Made by a program: the position numbers and the translations under genes. Below the pieces are notes generated by a model. The model searched no databases. It was not told where the DNA came from and saw only the letters and a list, made by a program, of their open reading frames with translations. DNA of 64,000 nucleotides, taken from a virus. The stretch lies in IMG/VR virus record IMGVR_UViG_3300009181_007093. One strand, given 5' to 3'. Within the stretch, counting starts at the first letter, position 1, and every line of letters starts with the position of its first letter. Shown one piece after another: positions 27,175 through 37,789 of the stretch.

Positions 27175-29941
27175 GCCACCATATGATTGTCCGGCTGCTA
27201 CAGGATCAGGAACCTGGTGTGATATTCCTTGCTGCCACTGCTGCCCACCTTGTCCATGTCACACCAGTGCCACATTCACATATGCTGCTGGCTCATTGCG
27301 ATCAGATCAGTTGAATACTGGTGCCTGCTGTATAACCTCCCAAGATTATGGTCCATGCTACCATATTGTAGCAATGAGTGGGCATGGCTTATCACAGTGG
27401 GCTAACGGTGCGGCTCCCGCCTCATTAGGAGGATACGCATCCGTTCCGGGATGGTATGGTAACTATTACAAGTTAATTGCAGGCACCACTTCAGGCAGTT
27501 GCATGGGCTCGCAACCAACTATGGATACTACCGATACTGATGCACAGATGAACTCGATGTTTCAGGATGCTATTGTCATTAATGGGTCGGCCTACGGCAC
27601 GACATCTCCGTATGGCATGACTAACCCCCCTGATCAGTCGTATTTACATTGCTTTGAATTCGTTGATAATTTTGGAGTGGATGTTTGCGGGGGAGCACCA
27701 TATGATCCAGTGTATGTCACAAGCTGTAGCACTGATTACTCTGAGGGCGAATGTGCCGCTGCAAGTGGGACTTACACACCAAATGCAAGCTGCTTCTCCA
27801 CAGAACAAGCAGGAGAAGACGAAGATACAGGATGTGTATGCTTGCCACAACGAACACCTATTGTTGTCGACTGCAATAATCCTTCTCCTGAAGGAAATGT
27901 TGGCGTTGAATTTACTGGTTCTGGAAGTGCCGATGATCTTGCTAATTGGGCAGATAAAAATGGTTCACCAGCAGTATATTTACCAGGACAAGGAGATTCA
28001 ATAACAATTTCTGGCTCTATGACAACCGTTTCTGGACTACACATGCTAAGTGTAAAGACTTTTTCTACTGTTATTGTAACCGCCACCGGTAATATGGGAA
28101 TTGACATGAAGTGCTCGGATAAAGCAACTATTTGGGGCACAATAAGTGGGAATCTTGATGTTTACACACTCTGTACTTTCAAGGTAACAGGACACATCAG
28201 TTCAACTGGCGTCTTAACAACACAGAACGCTCGCTTTTATAATGATAGCTATAATGATGGAAAAATATTCGGTAAGCATGGTGGTGGAAGCTTTGATACA
28301 GTATTTTATGATAGCAGTCAAAATAATGGAGATATTGTTGGAAATTGGTACAGTCCCATAATTAATCCTTCGAAAGGCAATGTATCATTCAGTACGACGA
28401 GCACTTCAGACATGAGCCTTTCTAAGGGTAAAAATGGTCCAACTGGAAGGATATGGCTACCATGTACATTCTATGGCAACGCTAAAAATGAAGGAATTAT
28501 AGTCAACAGAGGTGACGGCATAAATACTGTACCTGTAACTACATTCAAGCAATATGCAAAAAATACCGGAACAATTTGGGGCGGCGAAGTCGAAAACGCT
28601 TTTCCTGGTACTGTATTCGACGGATCTCGACGAGTAGCGACTCCTAATCGTTCAATAAACAAAGGAACAATTTACGGATCTGTTGAATTCTTAGGTGGAG
28701 AGGGAAATGGAGATACAGGAACGGTTTTTGGAAAAGCTAGGTTCTATACTGGATCAAGCAATTCTGGAGTTGTAAAAGGGTATAATTATAATTACTTGCA
28801 CCTCAATGAATTTCCATTACCGAACTTAGTTGCAATCGATCCAGATGGACAGTATACCCATGACGCGAATACCAAATACTCATCGACCTTCTATGCAGGA
28901 TCACTAGCTCAAGGCACTACTTTCGGGCTCAGACGAGGCGGAGAATATAGACAATTCGCACCAGCCTTTTCGGTGGGCAATCCCGAGGGCGTTAGTTCAG
29001 AAACCGTTTATACGACCGAACCTTCTGATGCACTTTCAGAGCCAACTCCTCCTGTTCCTCCTGAGCCTCCGGAAGGAATATTTGATATGCGTTTTTTACC
29101 ATATCCAAAAGAAATAAATCATACACAACAAAACAAACCTTTAATACATTTTTCTACTTGCGTTGAAGGAGGCTGTTCAGGATGGGTAGCATCAAATGGA
29201 AAATGCATTAAAACAGAATCTTCTGTTGCTGGCACCCTTGTTTATAGGGATGTTACAAGTTGTTTATGCAATTCATACCAAGATGTATATGCTTGCAAAG
29301 AAATGGCAAAGAAAAACTTATATCCAAGTTTATCATCAGAATTTCCAAAGTTTAATTATGATCTTTCAAAAGACTTTACACTAAATGTAGACGATAACGC
29401 ATATAAAGACGATGAAGGAAATACCATGAGCGTTTTAACTTATTCCTGTTCTGTGCCCTGTGAAGAAGTTGTTGTAACTTTAGAATTTACTGGTTGTTGT
29501 ATGGCAAATCTTGAAATACTAGGTTCTACAACTGCAGATTGGTCAGAAGGACGCCCAGTGTTTGCACGTGAAGTTCATTTTATTGCAATAGGAGATGGTA
29601 CGGTTTCAGTAGAAAATGATGAAGATGGTCCATGCAAGACCATATGCAATGGTTGGGTATTTTTAATAAGTATAAATGGTGCTGCTTCGGTACATACAAA
29701 TTCAGCGGCTGTAGTAAATTGTGATTCTGTGGTGGTGTCATGGATTCCACCAGCTCCAGTTTCTTGTTGTCTTCACTGTTTAGTTGATTATTCATTTACT
29801 AGTTTACCTGCTTGCGAAAATGTTGTTTCTGTAGCTGGTATACGTCGTAAAAATAAAAAAACTATAAGCAAAAAGAAACTAATCAAAAAAATAAAAGATC
29901 AAACGAACAAAAATAGAGTCAAAAAGAAGCGGAATCTTTAA
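27164..29941 (+). CDS. Cys-rich putative virion fibre/adhesin with central beta-helix-like repeats
   Basis: CCHCCPPCPC; repeated F...S.N.G.I.G units; Pro-rich linker. Confidence 0.6.
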   Translation: MSCEPPYDCPAATGSGTWCDIPCCHCCPPCPCHTSATFTYAAGSLRSDQLNTGACCITSQDYGPCYHIVAMSGHGLSQWANGAAPASLGGYASVPGWYGNYYKLIAGTTSGSCMGSQPTMDTTDTDAQMNSMFQDAIVINGSAYGTTSPYGMTNPPDQSYLHCFEFVDNFGVDVCGGAPYDPVYVTSCSTDYSEGECAAASGTYTPNASCFSTEQAGEDEDTGCVCLPQRTPIVVDCNNPSPEGNVGVEFTGSGSADDLANWADKNGSPAVYLPGQGDSITISGSMTTVSGLHMLSVKTFSTVIVTATGNMGIDMKCSDKATIWGTISGNLDVYTLCTFKVTGHISSTGVLTTQNARFYNDSYNDGKIFGKHGGGSFDTVFYDSSQNNGDIVGNWYSPIINPSKGNVSFSTTSTSDMSLSKGKNGPTGRIWLPCTFYGNAKNEGIIVNRGDGINTVPVTTFKQYAKNTGTIWGGEVENAFPGTVFDGSRRVATPNRSINKGTIYGSVEFLGGEGNGDTGTVFGKARFYTGSSNSGVVKGYNYNYLHLNEFPLPNLVAIDPDGQYTHDANTKYSSTFYAGSLAQGTTFGLRRGGEYRQFAPAFSVGNPEGVSSETVYTTEPSDALSEPTPPVPPEPPEGIFDMRFLPYPKEINHTQQNKPLIHFSTCVEGGCSGWVASNGKCIKTESSVAGTLVYRDVTSCLCNSYQDVYACKEMAKKNLYPSLSSEFPKFNYDLSKDFTLNVDDNAYKDDEGNTMSVLTYSCSVPCEEVVVTLEFTGCCMANLEILGSTTADWSEGRPVFAREVHFIAIGDGTVSVENDEDGPCKTICNGWVFLISINGAASVHTNSAAVVNCDSVVVSWIPPAPVSCCLHCLVDYSFTSLPACENVVSVAGIRRKNKKTISKKKLIKKIKDQTNKNRVKKKRNL

Positions 29942-32846
29942 TTGCTTGTTCAACTAGTTCCATTTTCATATTTAAAAGTTTTTTTAGTTTATCTTTATCG
30001 CATAAAGAAAATGATTTTGCATCTTTAATTCCAGCTTCATATAATTTTGTTGCTCTTACTTTGCCTATATTTGGTATGCTACATAAATTTATTAGGTGCA
30101 CTGGAACACCATATACAATTTTTCCTTCTATTTCTTTCATCCATGATATTTTTCCCCATTTACCTCCAAATGTATCCAACGATTGAATTACTTGTGAAAC
30201 ACGATTAAACTCAAGTTGTATATTTCTTTGGAAAGAAGCGAACACAGGATTATTTCTCCCCTGCATAAGGTTGAAATAACAAAATCCAACTTTACAAGAT
30301 CCTTCTGTAATAAACTTATTCGTTTTATTTCTTAACACTTTCGTTCTATAAGCACTCATTGCATCTTTTTCTGCTCTAGAAACGATATTGTTTCTAGCGG
30401 AATCTGTGTTCGCTAAAGCCATAGAAACAAAATAATCATCATCTTGCTTTTGATTGTCAAAGATAAACTTCAAATTAAAAAATAAATCGGACGCATCAAA
30501 TGGTGAATAATAAAACATACTTGCCACTTTACCTATTGCTCTTGCATACCACACATCATTTTCTGAGCCTATAGCCCCACATTTAGTAAGGGATGTCAAA
30601 GTATCGTCTATAGACTTTTCATTTAATTGATTGCTTTGAAAATACGCCAAAGATCTTTTATACCACCGATAAATGTCTTCTGTATTTTTCACATATCCAT
30701 GATGTATTTCGCTCACTAGGTGGAACGCTAAATTTTTATAATATGGTCCTGTTTTATTTAAAAGTTGCGATTCTATTTTAGATGGTTTTTGAAGTTCGGC
30801 TTTACACTCTAGCTGTTCACTTTCTGGTATAAGAACGTATGCATCTCCCATTGGATCTATTCCAAGCCTGCCAGATCTTCCTACCATTTGAGATATATCA
30901 TATGATGCAATCTTTTCATTTGCTCTATTAACGCCTAAAACAATCACTCGTCTTGCCGGTAAATTACAGTTGTGAGATATTGCTCCACATCCTACATAGG
31001 CATGTGGACTATCAACCTCAATCTCCTTGAAAAGACCGCCGGAACACTTCCTAACCTCCTTTATCCTCGACCAGAAATATGGTTTGCCGACCAGATATTT
31101 AGGATTATCCGATGGATTTGACAACAAGTACGAGTAAACCCTTGCACACTTTTCGGGACAATTGAATCCCACCCGACTCATAAAAAGATCAAGATTCTTC
31201 GATCCAAAAATGCGTAGCCTGTAAATATACTTTCTCGCTGGCATTAGAATCTTGCCACTGAGCGTAGACGGCATCATTCTTTTGCGTGCGTAAGAAGACA
31301 TTATGCCGAAACCAAGAAGAGCGGTACGGACAGACTGAATCATCTTCTCGCTTATGTTACAAATACCGACAGAAACTTTTCCGTTAGAATGGTCTTTGGA
31401 TCCGCCATTAGCATCGAAAAGCCCCCTCAAGAAGCTTCTCATAATGAGCTGTTTGTCGTAAATCTCATGAGGAATATCGTCACATCCATTTTTTCTTTCA
31501 ATGCAACCGTCTCCGAAAGCGAAACCTGCCAAATACCAGAATCGGTCAACGTCTGAAATCTCTTTTGTCCACAAGCCAAAATCGGATGGCACAGCAATAA
31601 AATCGCCTTTAGAAAGAGATGACACTTCATTCCAATCTGGAGCCTTCCTTCCTTCCGCCGCCAAAAAGACATGATCTTCAGACACAGTCATCGTGTCACC
31701 GCACTCGAGTTTAACAAAATATCCACGTTCAGACTCAAAAGTCTCCTGCCTGATAACTTTCCTAGGTTCGAAGCCGTTGTTGACTGGACAAAGCAGTTCG
31801 TCGCCAACCGAAATATCGGCAACGTCCATCATCGATCCGTTAGGAAGAACCACACGACTGCCGTGCTTATAACAACCCCATGCAAGTGTGCTGGTAGCGA
31901 CTATGACTCTAGGTTCTTTATCGTTTTTAAACCTATTCTCTAAGCTAATTCTTGCACTTTTGGCAAGATCAGCACTATGAAACTCTGCTTTTATTCCTGA
32001 TTTTATCAGGGTGTTTTTCATTAATTCGCCAGTTTTTTTAGTATGTGAGAATATTAAAAACTTGTCTTCTGTATAATATTCTACTATTTCGAGAGCATTA
32101 TTAACTTTTTCTTTTTCAATAATATCATAGCTTTTTACTTTATCTGAATATATTTCATAATGTGTTGTTAGCGGTACTGGTCTAAAGGTAGAATTTAAAA
32201 CAAACGTTTTTCTTTTGGTAAGACCATAAGAAATCCAACTGGCAATTTCTTCTACGTTTGGCATAGTAGCAGAAAGAAGAATGATTCTTGCTTTGCTGTT
32301 GATTTCTGTAAACTTCATCAATCCAACTTCAAGATGATCGCCACGGCCTGGAACAGTGAGCAAATGAGCTTCGTCAACAATCAATGTGCCAATTTCTCTT
32401 AAGAATGCATTTTGATCAGACGTATAGTTTCTGCTTCTATGTGACAACATTTCGCTTGTCATAATTATCAAATTTGATTCATTTAATTCTTTTGTTCTAT
32501 CTTTGGTAATTCTGTAGTCACCTGTACATATAGAAACATTTAGATCTTTAAAATGATAATTAGGATCTGTCCATTGGTCTATTTTTTCTTGTGCTAATGC
32601 CCTCATTGGCACAAGATACATTCCCTTGCCGCCTCTTTTTCTTATCTCATAACTTAAAAACTGCTCTGCCACAACGGTTTTTCCGCTACTGGTAGATGCT
32701 GCGATCAATCCGTTGACCTCTTTATCGTAAAAATCCATCATGCTGCTTTGAACACAATTAAATTTCTCAAATTTCCAATTTGCATATGGATATTCGCTTG
32801 TGTTAATTAGTTCGGTCTTATCTACAGCTTTAATAAGCGGAGGCAT
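29919..32846 (-). CDS. Ski2/Hel308-like SF2 helicase with intein
   Basis: STSSGKT, DEAH, LSAT, STLAWG|CNLPA, QMVGRSGR, C-terminal HhH IPNIGKVRA. Confidence 0.92.
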   Translation of the reverse strand: MPPLIKAVDKTELINTSEYPYANWKFEKFNCVQSSMMDFYDKEVNGLIAASTSSGKTVVAEQFLSYEIRKRGGKGMYLVPMRALAQEKIDQWTDPNYHFKDLNVSICTGDYRITKDRTKELNESNLIIMTSEMLSHRSRNYTSDQNAFLREIGTLIVDEAHLLTVPGRGDHLEVGLMKFTEINSKARIILLSATMPNVEEIASWISYGLTKRKTFVLNSTFRPVPLTTHYEIYSDKVKSYDIIEKEKVNNALEIVEYYTEDKFLIFSHTKKTGELMKNTLIKSGIKAEFHSADLAKSARISLENRFKNDKEPRVIVATSTLAWGCYKHGSRVVLPNGSMMDVADISVGDELLCPVNNGFEPRKVIRQETFESERGYFVKLECGDTMTVSEDHVFLAAEGRKAPDWNEVSSLSKGDFIAVPSDFGLWTKEISDVDRFWYLAGFAFGDGCIERKNGCDDIPHEIYDKQLIMRSFLRGLFDANGGSKDHSNGKVSVGICNISEKMIQSVRTALLGFGIMSSYARKRMMPSTLSGKILMPARKYIYRLRIFGSKNLDLFMSRVGFNCPEKCARVYSYLLSNPSDNPKYLVGKPYFWSRIKEVRKCSGGLFKEIEVDSPHAYVGCGAISHNCNLPARRVIVLGVNRANEKIASYDISQMVGRSGRLGIDPMGDAYVLIPESEQLECKAELQKPSKIESQLLNKTGPYYKNLAFHLVSEIHHGYVKNTEDIYRWYKRSLAYFQSNQLNEKSIDDTLTSLTKCGAIGSENDVWYARAIGKVASMFYYSPFDASDLFFNLKFIFDNQKQDDDYFVSMALANTDSARNNIVSRAEKDAMSAYRTKVLRNKTNKFITEGSCKVGFCYFNLMQGRNNPVFASFQRNIQLEFNRVSQVIQSLDTFGGKWGKISWMKEIEGKIVYGVPVHLINLCSIPNIGKVRATKLYEAGIKDAKSFSLCDKDKLKKLLNMKMELVEQAIKDSASF
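30969..31874 (-). mobile_element. Helicase intein (302 aa) with an internally shortened LAGLIDADG domain
   Basis: CYKHGSRVVL...AISHN|C; LAGFAFGDG and FLRGLFDANG unusually close; visibly higher GC. Confidence 0.9.
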
Positions 32847-32909
32847 ATTTACCTGTACCGGCAGAGGGCAATTGCTTAGTTTATGAAACTAGCAGACAAA
32901 GAATTTTCT

Positions 32910-33167
32910 TCAAGCGGCAGACTGTCTAGCTGTTATTTCTTTTTCAATAGAAAAATGAACAGAATCTAGCATATCATAAAACTCTTTGGAAGACGATGCC
33001 GAAGACAACCATTTATCTATCTCCTTCGTTTCTCCTAAAAAAATTAAAGCGTCATCTATGTCCCCTTGAAATTTTTGTGAAAACCTTTGGGAAATGAACT
33101 TAAATTGGTCTTCCGAAAGACGCTTGCAGTAATCTCTTAAATATAGATCAATTGTTTTTTTAGCCAT
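32910..33167 (-). CDS. Hypothetical protein
   Basis: 85-aa ORF. Confidence 0.7.
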   Translation of the reverse strand: MAKKTIDLYLRDYCKRLSEDQFKFISQRFSQKFQGDIDDALIFLGETKEIDKWLSSASSSKEFYDMLDSVHFSIEKEITARQSAA

Positions 33168-33337
33168 TATTTAATCCTTGAATATAGTATGAACTAAAGC
33201 GAATAACAGGTCGTTCCGACCTTTCTTAATATTAATATAGCGTACAAGATAAAATTTTAAAAGAAAAATAATTTTCAAATAACTAAAAACTTTTCAAAGA
33301 TAACTAAATAATATTACTACTCCTTCAATGAGGAAAA

Positions 33338-33808
33338 ATGTTAAGAAAAGAACCAAAACTTAATGACGTTATTTCAAATATGAAGTCTTTAGGAAAAATG
33401 TTAATTCCTTATAATTATCCGCAAACGCCTTTTTCAGAGGATGATAGATTAGATATTTTTAAAGAAAGAGAAATAGTAGTTGATGGATATTCTATTATTG
33501 TGAACTATCAACAATCGGACTACAACACATATTTACTTAAAACTTTACAGATATACAACAGGGTAGGATATTTACTTCCATTTAATTTTATTATAAAAGT
33601 AGTAAAAAAGTTTTTGGGTGCTGATCACTTGGTTTTAGTAGAAATTACTAAAGAAGATGTACAAATTTATTGCTGGTCTTTGGCATGCGACTACGAAAAC
33701 AAAGCTATTAAAATGCCATATTGTGAGGATTGTGATGATTGTGATGAACGGATTTTTGAAGGCACTCATTACATGCATATAAATGCATCGAATGTTTTTT
33801 TCTATTGA
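33338..33808 (+). CDS. Hypothetical protein
   Basis: ORF with GAGG SD. Confidence 0.7.
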   Translation: MLRKEPKLNDVISNMKSLGKMLIPYNYPQTPFSEDDRLDIFKEREIVVDGYSIIVNYQQSDYNTYLLKTLQIYNRVGYLLPFNFIIKVVKKFLGADHLVLVEITKEDVQIYCWSLACDYENKAIKMPYCEDCDDCDERIFEGTHYMHINASNVFFY

Positions 33809-33864
33809 ACAACTATATATGTTAAGGTCATAGTGACCGATACTTTTGCAAAAGGAGATTTAGT

Positions 33865-34104
33865 ATGGCAACATTTACAGTAGGTCTTGTGCCTGGTGAT
33901 GTTAATGCGTACACAGAGAGTGGACTTGATACATCCGTTGTAAACGGACTTTCAAAGCAAAGAACTGTTAATATGATGATGACAAGTCTTGCCGGTGTTA
34001 TGAAAATGACCGTGGCTCGAGTTGACGGCGGAACATTTACAGAGGCTGCTGATGGATCTACTCAGTACGGTAACGTAACCGGCTTAACCGGCGTGTCTGC
34101 GTAA
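33865..34104 (+). CDS. Small protein, paralogue A (possibly a virion protein)
   Basis: ESGLDTSVVNGLSKQRTVNMMMT; AGGAG SD. Confidence 0.8.
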   Translation: MATFTVGLVPGDVNAYTESGLDTSVVNGLSKQRTVNMMMTSLAGVMKMTVARVDGGTFTEAADGSTQYGNVTGLTGVSA

Positions 34105-34128
34105 TTATAATTAATTCTATTATTAAGT

Positions 34129-34178
34129 AAAAAAGAATCGTCCTGTTAAAAGTTCGATTCTTTTTTATTTTTTTTTTA
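34129..34178 (+). terminator. Intrinsic (probably bidirectional) terminator
   Basis: aaaaaagaatcg...cgattctttttt followed by a T run. Confidence 0.75.
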
Positions 34179-34219
34179 ATATATATTGTGTTCCATTCCT
34201 TCTATAAAAGGAGCTTCAA

Positions 34220-34522
34220 ATGTCTTCTAAAGGCAAAATACAACATCTTCTTGTTGGGTATCTTCTTAAGTACGGTCAAATCGAATTGGCTCTTCCAGAC
34301 GGTTTAATTTTAGAAATCGGCGTTACACAAGAAGACGAAAAAGGCGGCTTCATTGTGAGAGAAGATTATTGTTGGGTTATTGCGACTCATAAAAATAGAT
34401 CAGCATCATTAGACGCATACAATCTTGGTGTAAGGTTTTCTGGTCCGGATAACAACTTAGTTTTAGAAGATAAATTCATTGATCAGTATGGAATAGAGGT
34501 CACGAGACTAGATGTTGTTTAA
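34220..34522 (+). CDS. Hypothetical protein
   Basis: ORF with AGGAG SD. Confidence 0.75.
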   Translation: MSSKGKIQHLLVGYLLKYGQIELALPDGLILEIGVTQEDEKGGFIVREDYCWVIATHKNRSASLDAYNLGVRFSGPDNNLVLEDKFIDQYGIEVTRLDVV

Positions 34523-34591
34523 AATGTCAAAAAAGATACAATAAACACTATATACAATTAGTAGAATTCTACTTTTGCAAAGGAGATTTAA

Positions 34592-34819
34592 ATGGCAACT
34601 GTCACATATACACTTCAATTGGTACCAAATTTGTTAAATTTTGCATCAGAAAGTGGTCTTGATACATCAGTTGTAGGCGGTGTTTCTAAACAAAGAACCG
34701 TCAACATGATGATGACAAAAAACGATACTGGCAATTACAAAATGACAGCATCGGTTGTAGATGCCGGTACTTTTACCGACACTCCACAAACATTCGCAGA
34801 TGTAACAGGTATTAGTTGA
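34592..34819 (+). CDS. Small protein, paralogue B
   Basis: ESGLDTSVVGGVSKQRTVNMMMT; AGGAG SD. Confidence 0.8.
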   Translation: MATVTYTLQLVPNLLNFASESGLDTSVVGGVSKQRTVNMMMTKNDTGNYKMTASVVDAGTFTDTPQTFADVTGIS

Positions 34820-34838
34820 TTAAACTTGTAAATCGGTG

Positions 34839-34882
34839 AAAAAAAAGAATCGATCTGTAAAAAGATCGATTCTTTTATTTTT
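34839..34882. terminator. Bidirectional intrinsic terminator
   Basis: aaaagaatcgatct-gtaaaa-agatcgattctttt between convergent genes. Confidence 0.8.
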
Positions 34883-34907
34883 AAATCGAGATAATACTCA
34901 GTTAATT

Positions 34908-36134
34908 CTACGAATCCTCAGATTCTTCTTCTTCAACATCATCAACATCAAATTCGCCTATTGTATTCATTTCTACATCTTCCATCTGTTCTGGATGAAA
35001 ATTAACCGCAGCCATGAATGGTTCTAAATATTTTATCACTTCCTCTTCATTTTCTGCATCTATTAATGCTGGGCATTTTAAAAGAATATCAAGCGGAACA
35101 TTATTAATAACTTGACTAGCTTTAAATTTTACTTCCTGCCCATTGCTCCAGTTTGGTTTTACAGCAAAGTTGCCTTTACTGCTTACTACGACTCTTTCAG
35201 CATCCATCAAACAAGACAATAAACCACTTATTGGATTTACACCCAAATCAAAAAGAAGGCTTATATTTTCAGATTCAATAAATGGTCTGTGCGTCTTATT
35301 CTTAACATTTTTCATTTTTATGTTTATGCCTAAAATCTTTTTCTTTGTTTCAGTTATTTTTTTATCAATTTTCGTCTTTGCTGCTGTTTCAATTCTACAA
35401 GACGCATAAAAAGGCAAGGCTTGTCCACCACCCGCTGTGACCTTCGTTGGATGGAAAGTTCCAATCTTATCACGTGTCTGGTTAAGAATAATTACTGTAA
35501 CATTATTCTTTTCCATAACAGTATTTAACTTCCTAAACTCTCTAGAGCATATTTTTGCTCTTTCGCCTGGCTGTTCCCTTCCTCCTACTATAGCTTTAAA
35601 CTGAGCAACAGAAAATTTTTCTGGAAGCTTTACCTCTTTGAGTTCTCTCGCTGATGGCGATACTCCGATAGAGTCATAGACGATAACAATGGGCTTATCT
35701 GCCCCGTACCTTTGACGAGACACATCTACAATTTTATATATTTTAGAAAAAACTTCTTCTAAAGATTCTGGTCTCAAGGTAACAAGTCTATTAAGATTGC
35801 AATGAGATGCCTTTTCTACAAACTCTTGGTTTACAGAATTTTCGCAATCCATTAAGACTCCGATGCCATTCATTCTTTGGCAACCGAACAGAATATTGGA
35901 ACCAATTAAACTCTTTGATGAAGAGTTTGGTCCATATATCTCTGTTAGCTTTCCGCCTGGAACGCCGCCGCCAATAAATCGACCAGAGCAAATGTAGTTC
36001 AATGCTAAAGAGCCTGTGTCTACAAAATACTTAATGCTATCAACATTACTTAGAACATCCCCGCCAGTTTTATCAGCTAAATCCTTAAAGAAACTGTCGA
36101 AAGAATCATCGCCTTCACATTTTTTCTTAGCCAT
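34908..36134 (-). CDS. uvsX: RecA/UvsX recombinase
   Basis: DTGSLALN, EIYGPNSSSKS, DCEN, YDSI, NQTRDKIG, GGQALPFYAS, KNK. Confidence 0.92.
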   Translation of the reverse strand: MAKKKCEGDDSFDSFFKDLADKTGGDVLSNVDSIKYFVDTGSLALNYICSGRFIGGGVPGGKLTEIYGPNSSSKSLIGSNILFGCQRMNGIGVLMDCENSVNQEFVEKASHCNLNRLVTLRPESLEEVFSKIYKIVDVSRQRYGADKPIVIVYDSIGVSPSARELKEVKLPEKFSVAQFKAIVGGREQPGERAKICSREFRKLNTVMEKNNVTVIILNQTRDKIGTFHPTKVTAGGGQALPFYASCRIETAAKTKIDKKITETKKKILGINIKMKNVKNKTHRPFIESENISLLFDLGVNPISGLLSCLMDAERVVVSSKGNFAVKPNWSNGQEVKFKASQVINNVPLDILLKCPALIDAENEEEVIKYLEPFMAAVNFHPEQMEDVEMNTIGEFDVDDVEEEESEDS

Positions 36135-36207
36135 TTTAACCTTTTAAGATGTAGAAACAGATCTTTTTTTAAGCCAGTTAGCCAAAACTAGGTTGCCTAA
36201 TACTGAG

Positions 36208-37194
36208 CTACATTGAACCAAGTTCTTTCATAAACTCATCGTCTGCCATAAGGTCTGCATCTTCAGATGTTTCTTCTGATTTTGACACTTTAACTTCATC
36301 TTTTACTTTTGAAGATGACATAGATACCGATACTGACGTAGAGCTTCCAACATTCCTAAACTCTTCTAAATCATTGTTATCAGGATCATTTCCGCTCTTA
36401 ATCATTCCAAGATGAATTCTAAGTCCATCCTTTATCTCATCTTGAGATTTAACAGATCTTAACGACTGAAGATCGTTGGATTTTTCCATCCACATGGCAA
36501 TTTCATCCTTCGTTCCAAGTGGCGATTGGTCTTCAAACTTGGAATTATCATAGTTTGGATATTCCATTCCACCACCACCTTTGACGACCTTTTTCACGAC
36601 TTTAAAGTCTCGCCCCGTTAGTGGGTGCGTAATGTCGCCAAGACCTTTTTCTCCAGCAACTGGATCGCCATAAATGGCACGAATAATCTTCGCATGTTGA
36701 ACTTTACCGCAACTGTAGATCTTTGGTCCAACATTGGTCTCTATAACGCCATCTTTGTTTTTAGCAGAACGAACAATTACATTGTAGTAATATCGCTCTA
36801 CAGGTTTAATACTTCTAGCTTGTGCTTGAAGATCTTCCTGTGCTTTTCCAGATAGGCTCTCAGACTTCTGCCAAAGGTCGGAGTAGTACTTACAAATAAT
36901 ACAATCTCCTACCCATCTTTCGCCTCTGCCTGAGTTTACAAGCTCTCTGGGGCAATGATATGTCAGCTTTCTTCGGTTGCTAGGGTCGAATAAGGTATGA
37001 ACTCTTGTCACACACCATAGCTTTTGACCTTTTTTAATAGGCAGGAATCTCATCATAACAAATCCATCTCTTTCAGGTAGTCGCACATACTTTGAAAGAT
37101 AATCATCTGTACTGGCTCCTGTTTCTACTGTCATCCTTGCTAGCTCTGACTCCATCTGGGACATGTCCAGTGGTTCATATTCGTTTTTTGACAT
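36208..37194 (-). CDS. T4 gp32-like single-stranded DNA-binding protein
   Basis: MRFLP, CP...CIIC, RYYYNVIVR, GRDFK, YPNYDNSKF, acidic tail. Confidence 0.85.
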   Translation of the reverse strand: MSKNEYEPLDMSQMESELARMTVETGASTDDYLSKYVRLPERDGFVMMRFLPIKKGQKLWCVTRVHTLFDPSNRRKLTYHCPRELVNSGRGERWVGDCIICKYYSDLWQKSESLSGKAQEDLQAQARSIKPVERYYYNVIVRSAKNKDGVIETNVGPKIYSCGKVQHAKIIRAIYGDPVAGEKGLGDITHPLTGRDFKVVKKVVKGGGGMEYPNYDNSKFEDQSPLGTKDEIAMWMEKSNDLQSLRSVKSQDEIKDGLRIHLGMIKSGNDPDNNDLEEFRNVGSSTSVSVSMSSSKVKDEVKVSKSEETSEDADLMADDEFMKELGSM

Positions 37195-37234
37195 ATCATA
37201 TCTCCTTGTTTAATTTTCTAATTCTCGAAACGTC

Positions 37235-37263
37235 ATCATACCAAAAATAAATGGTTCTGTCAA
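37235..37263 (-). promoter_or_regulatory. Strong sigma70-type promoter for ssb
   Basis: TTGACA-17-TATGAT with TGn. Confidence 0.8.
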
Positions 37264-37784
37264 GAAGAAATTTCATTTTCTTGAGAATTATCAATTGTTG
37301 GGGTTTCCTCTAAAATAATTTCTTCTTTTGAACTTTCGTCCAAAACTATTTTGTTTATATCTAAATCATCTACCCCTTCTTTTCTCGCATTTTCTTCCAA
37401 TGCTTTTAAATGTAAGGCATCCATTTTTTCTTTTATTGTTTTGTAGCCTTCTTGCTCTAATTTTTCATTTATTTCTTGCCTTTTTGAATGCTCTTGATCA
37501 TATTCTTGTTCTAATGCTTCCAGAATTTTAAAGTTACGATTTATTTTTTCTTTAATTTCATCCATTTTTTTAGCTTTTTCATCTGGCTCAAGCTCTTTTA
37601 TTGAGTTGTTTTTCAAAAAAGGCTGCTCTTTACCATAAACAGCGTCCTCTACACTCTTTTGTTTTTTCTGTTCCATTATTGCTTCCTTTTTTTGTTTTCT
37701 CAAAGTAAGTCTCTTTCCCAAAACTCTTTTATGAGCAATTTTCTCTCGATTTTTCTTTTTTCTTTCTTTTTGTTTTTTAGACAT
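37260..37784 (-). CDS. Hypothetical charged/coiled-coil protein
   Basis: 174-aa ORF. Confidence 0.7.
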   Translation of the reverse strand: MSKKQKERKKKNREKIAHKRVLGKRLTLRKQKKEAIMEQKKQKSVEDAVYGKEQPFLKNNSIKELEPDEKAKKMDEIKEKINRNFKILEALEQEYDQEHSKRQEINEKLEQEGYKTIKEKMDALHLKALEENARKEGVDDLDINKIVLDESSKEEIILEETPTIDNSQENEISS

Positions 37785-37789
37785 ATAAT

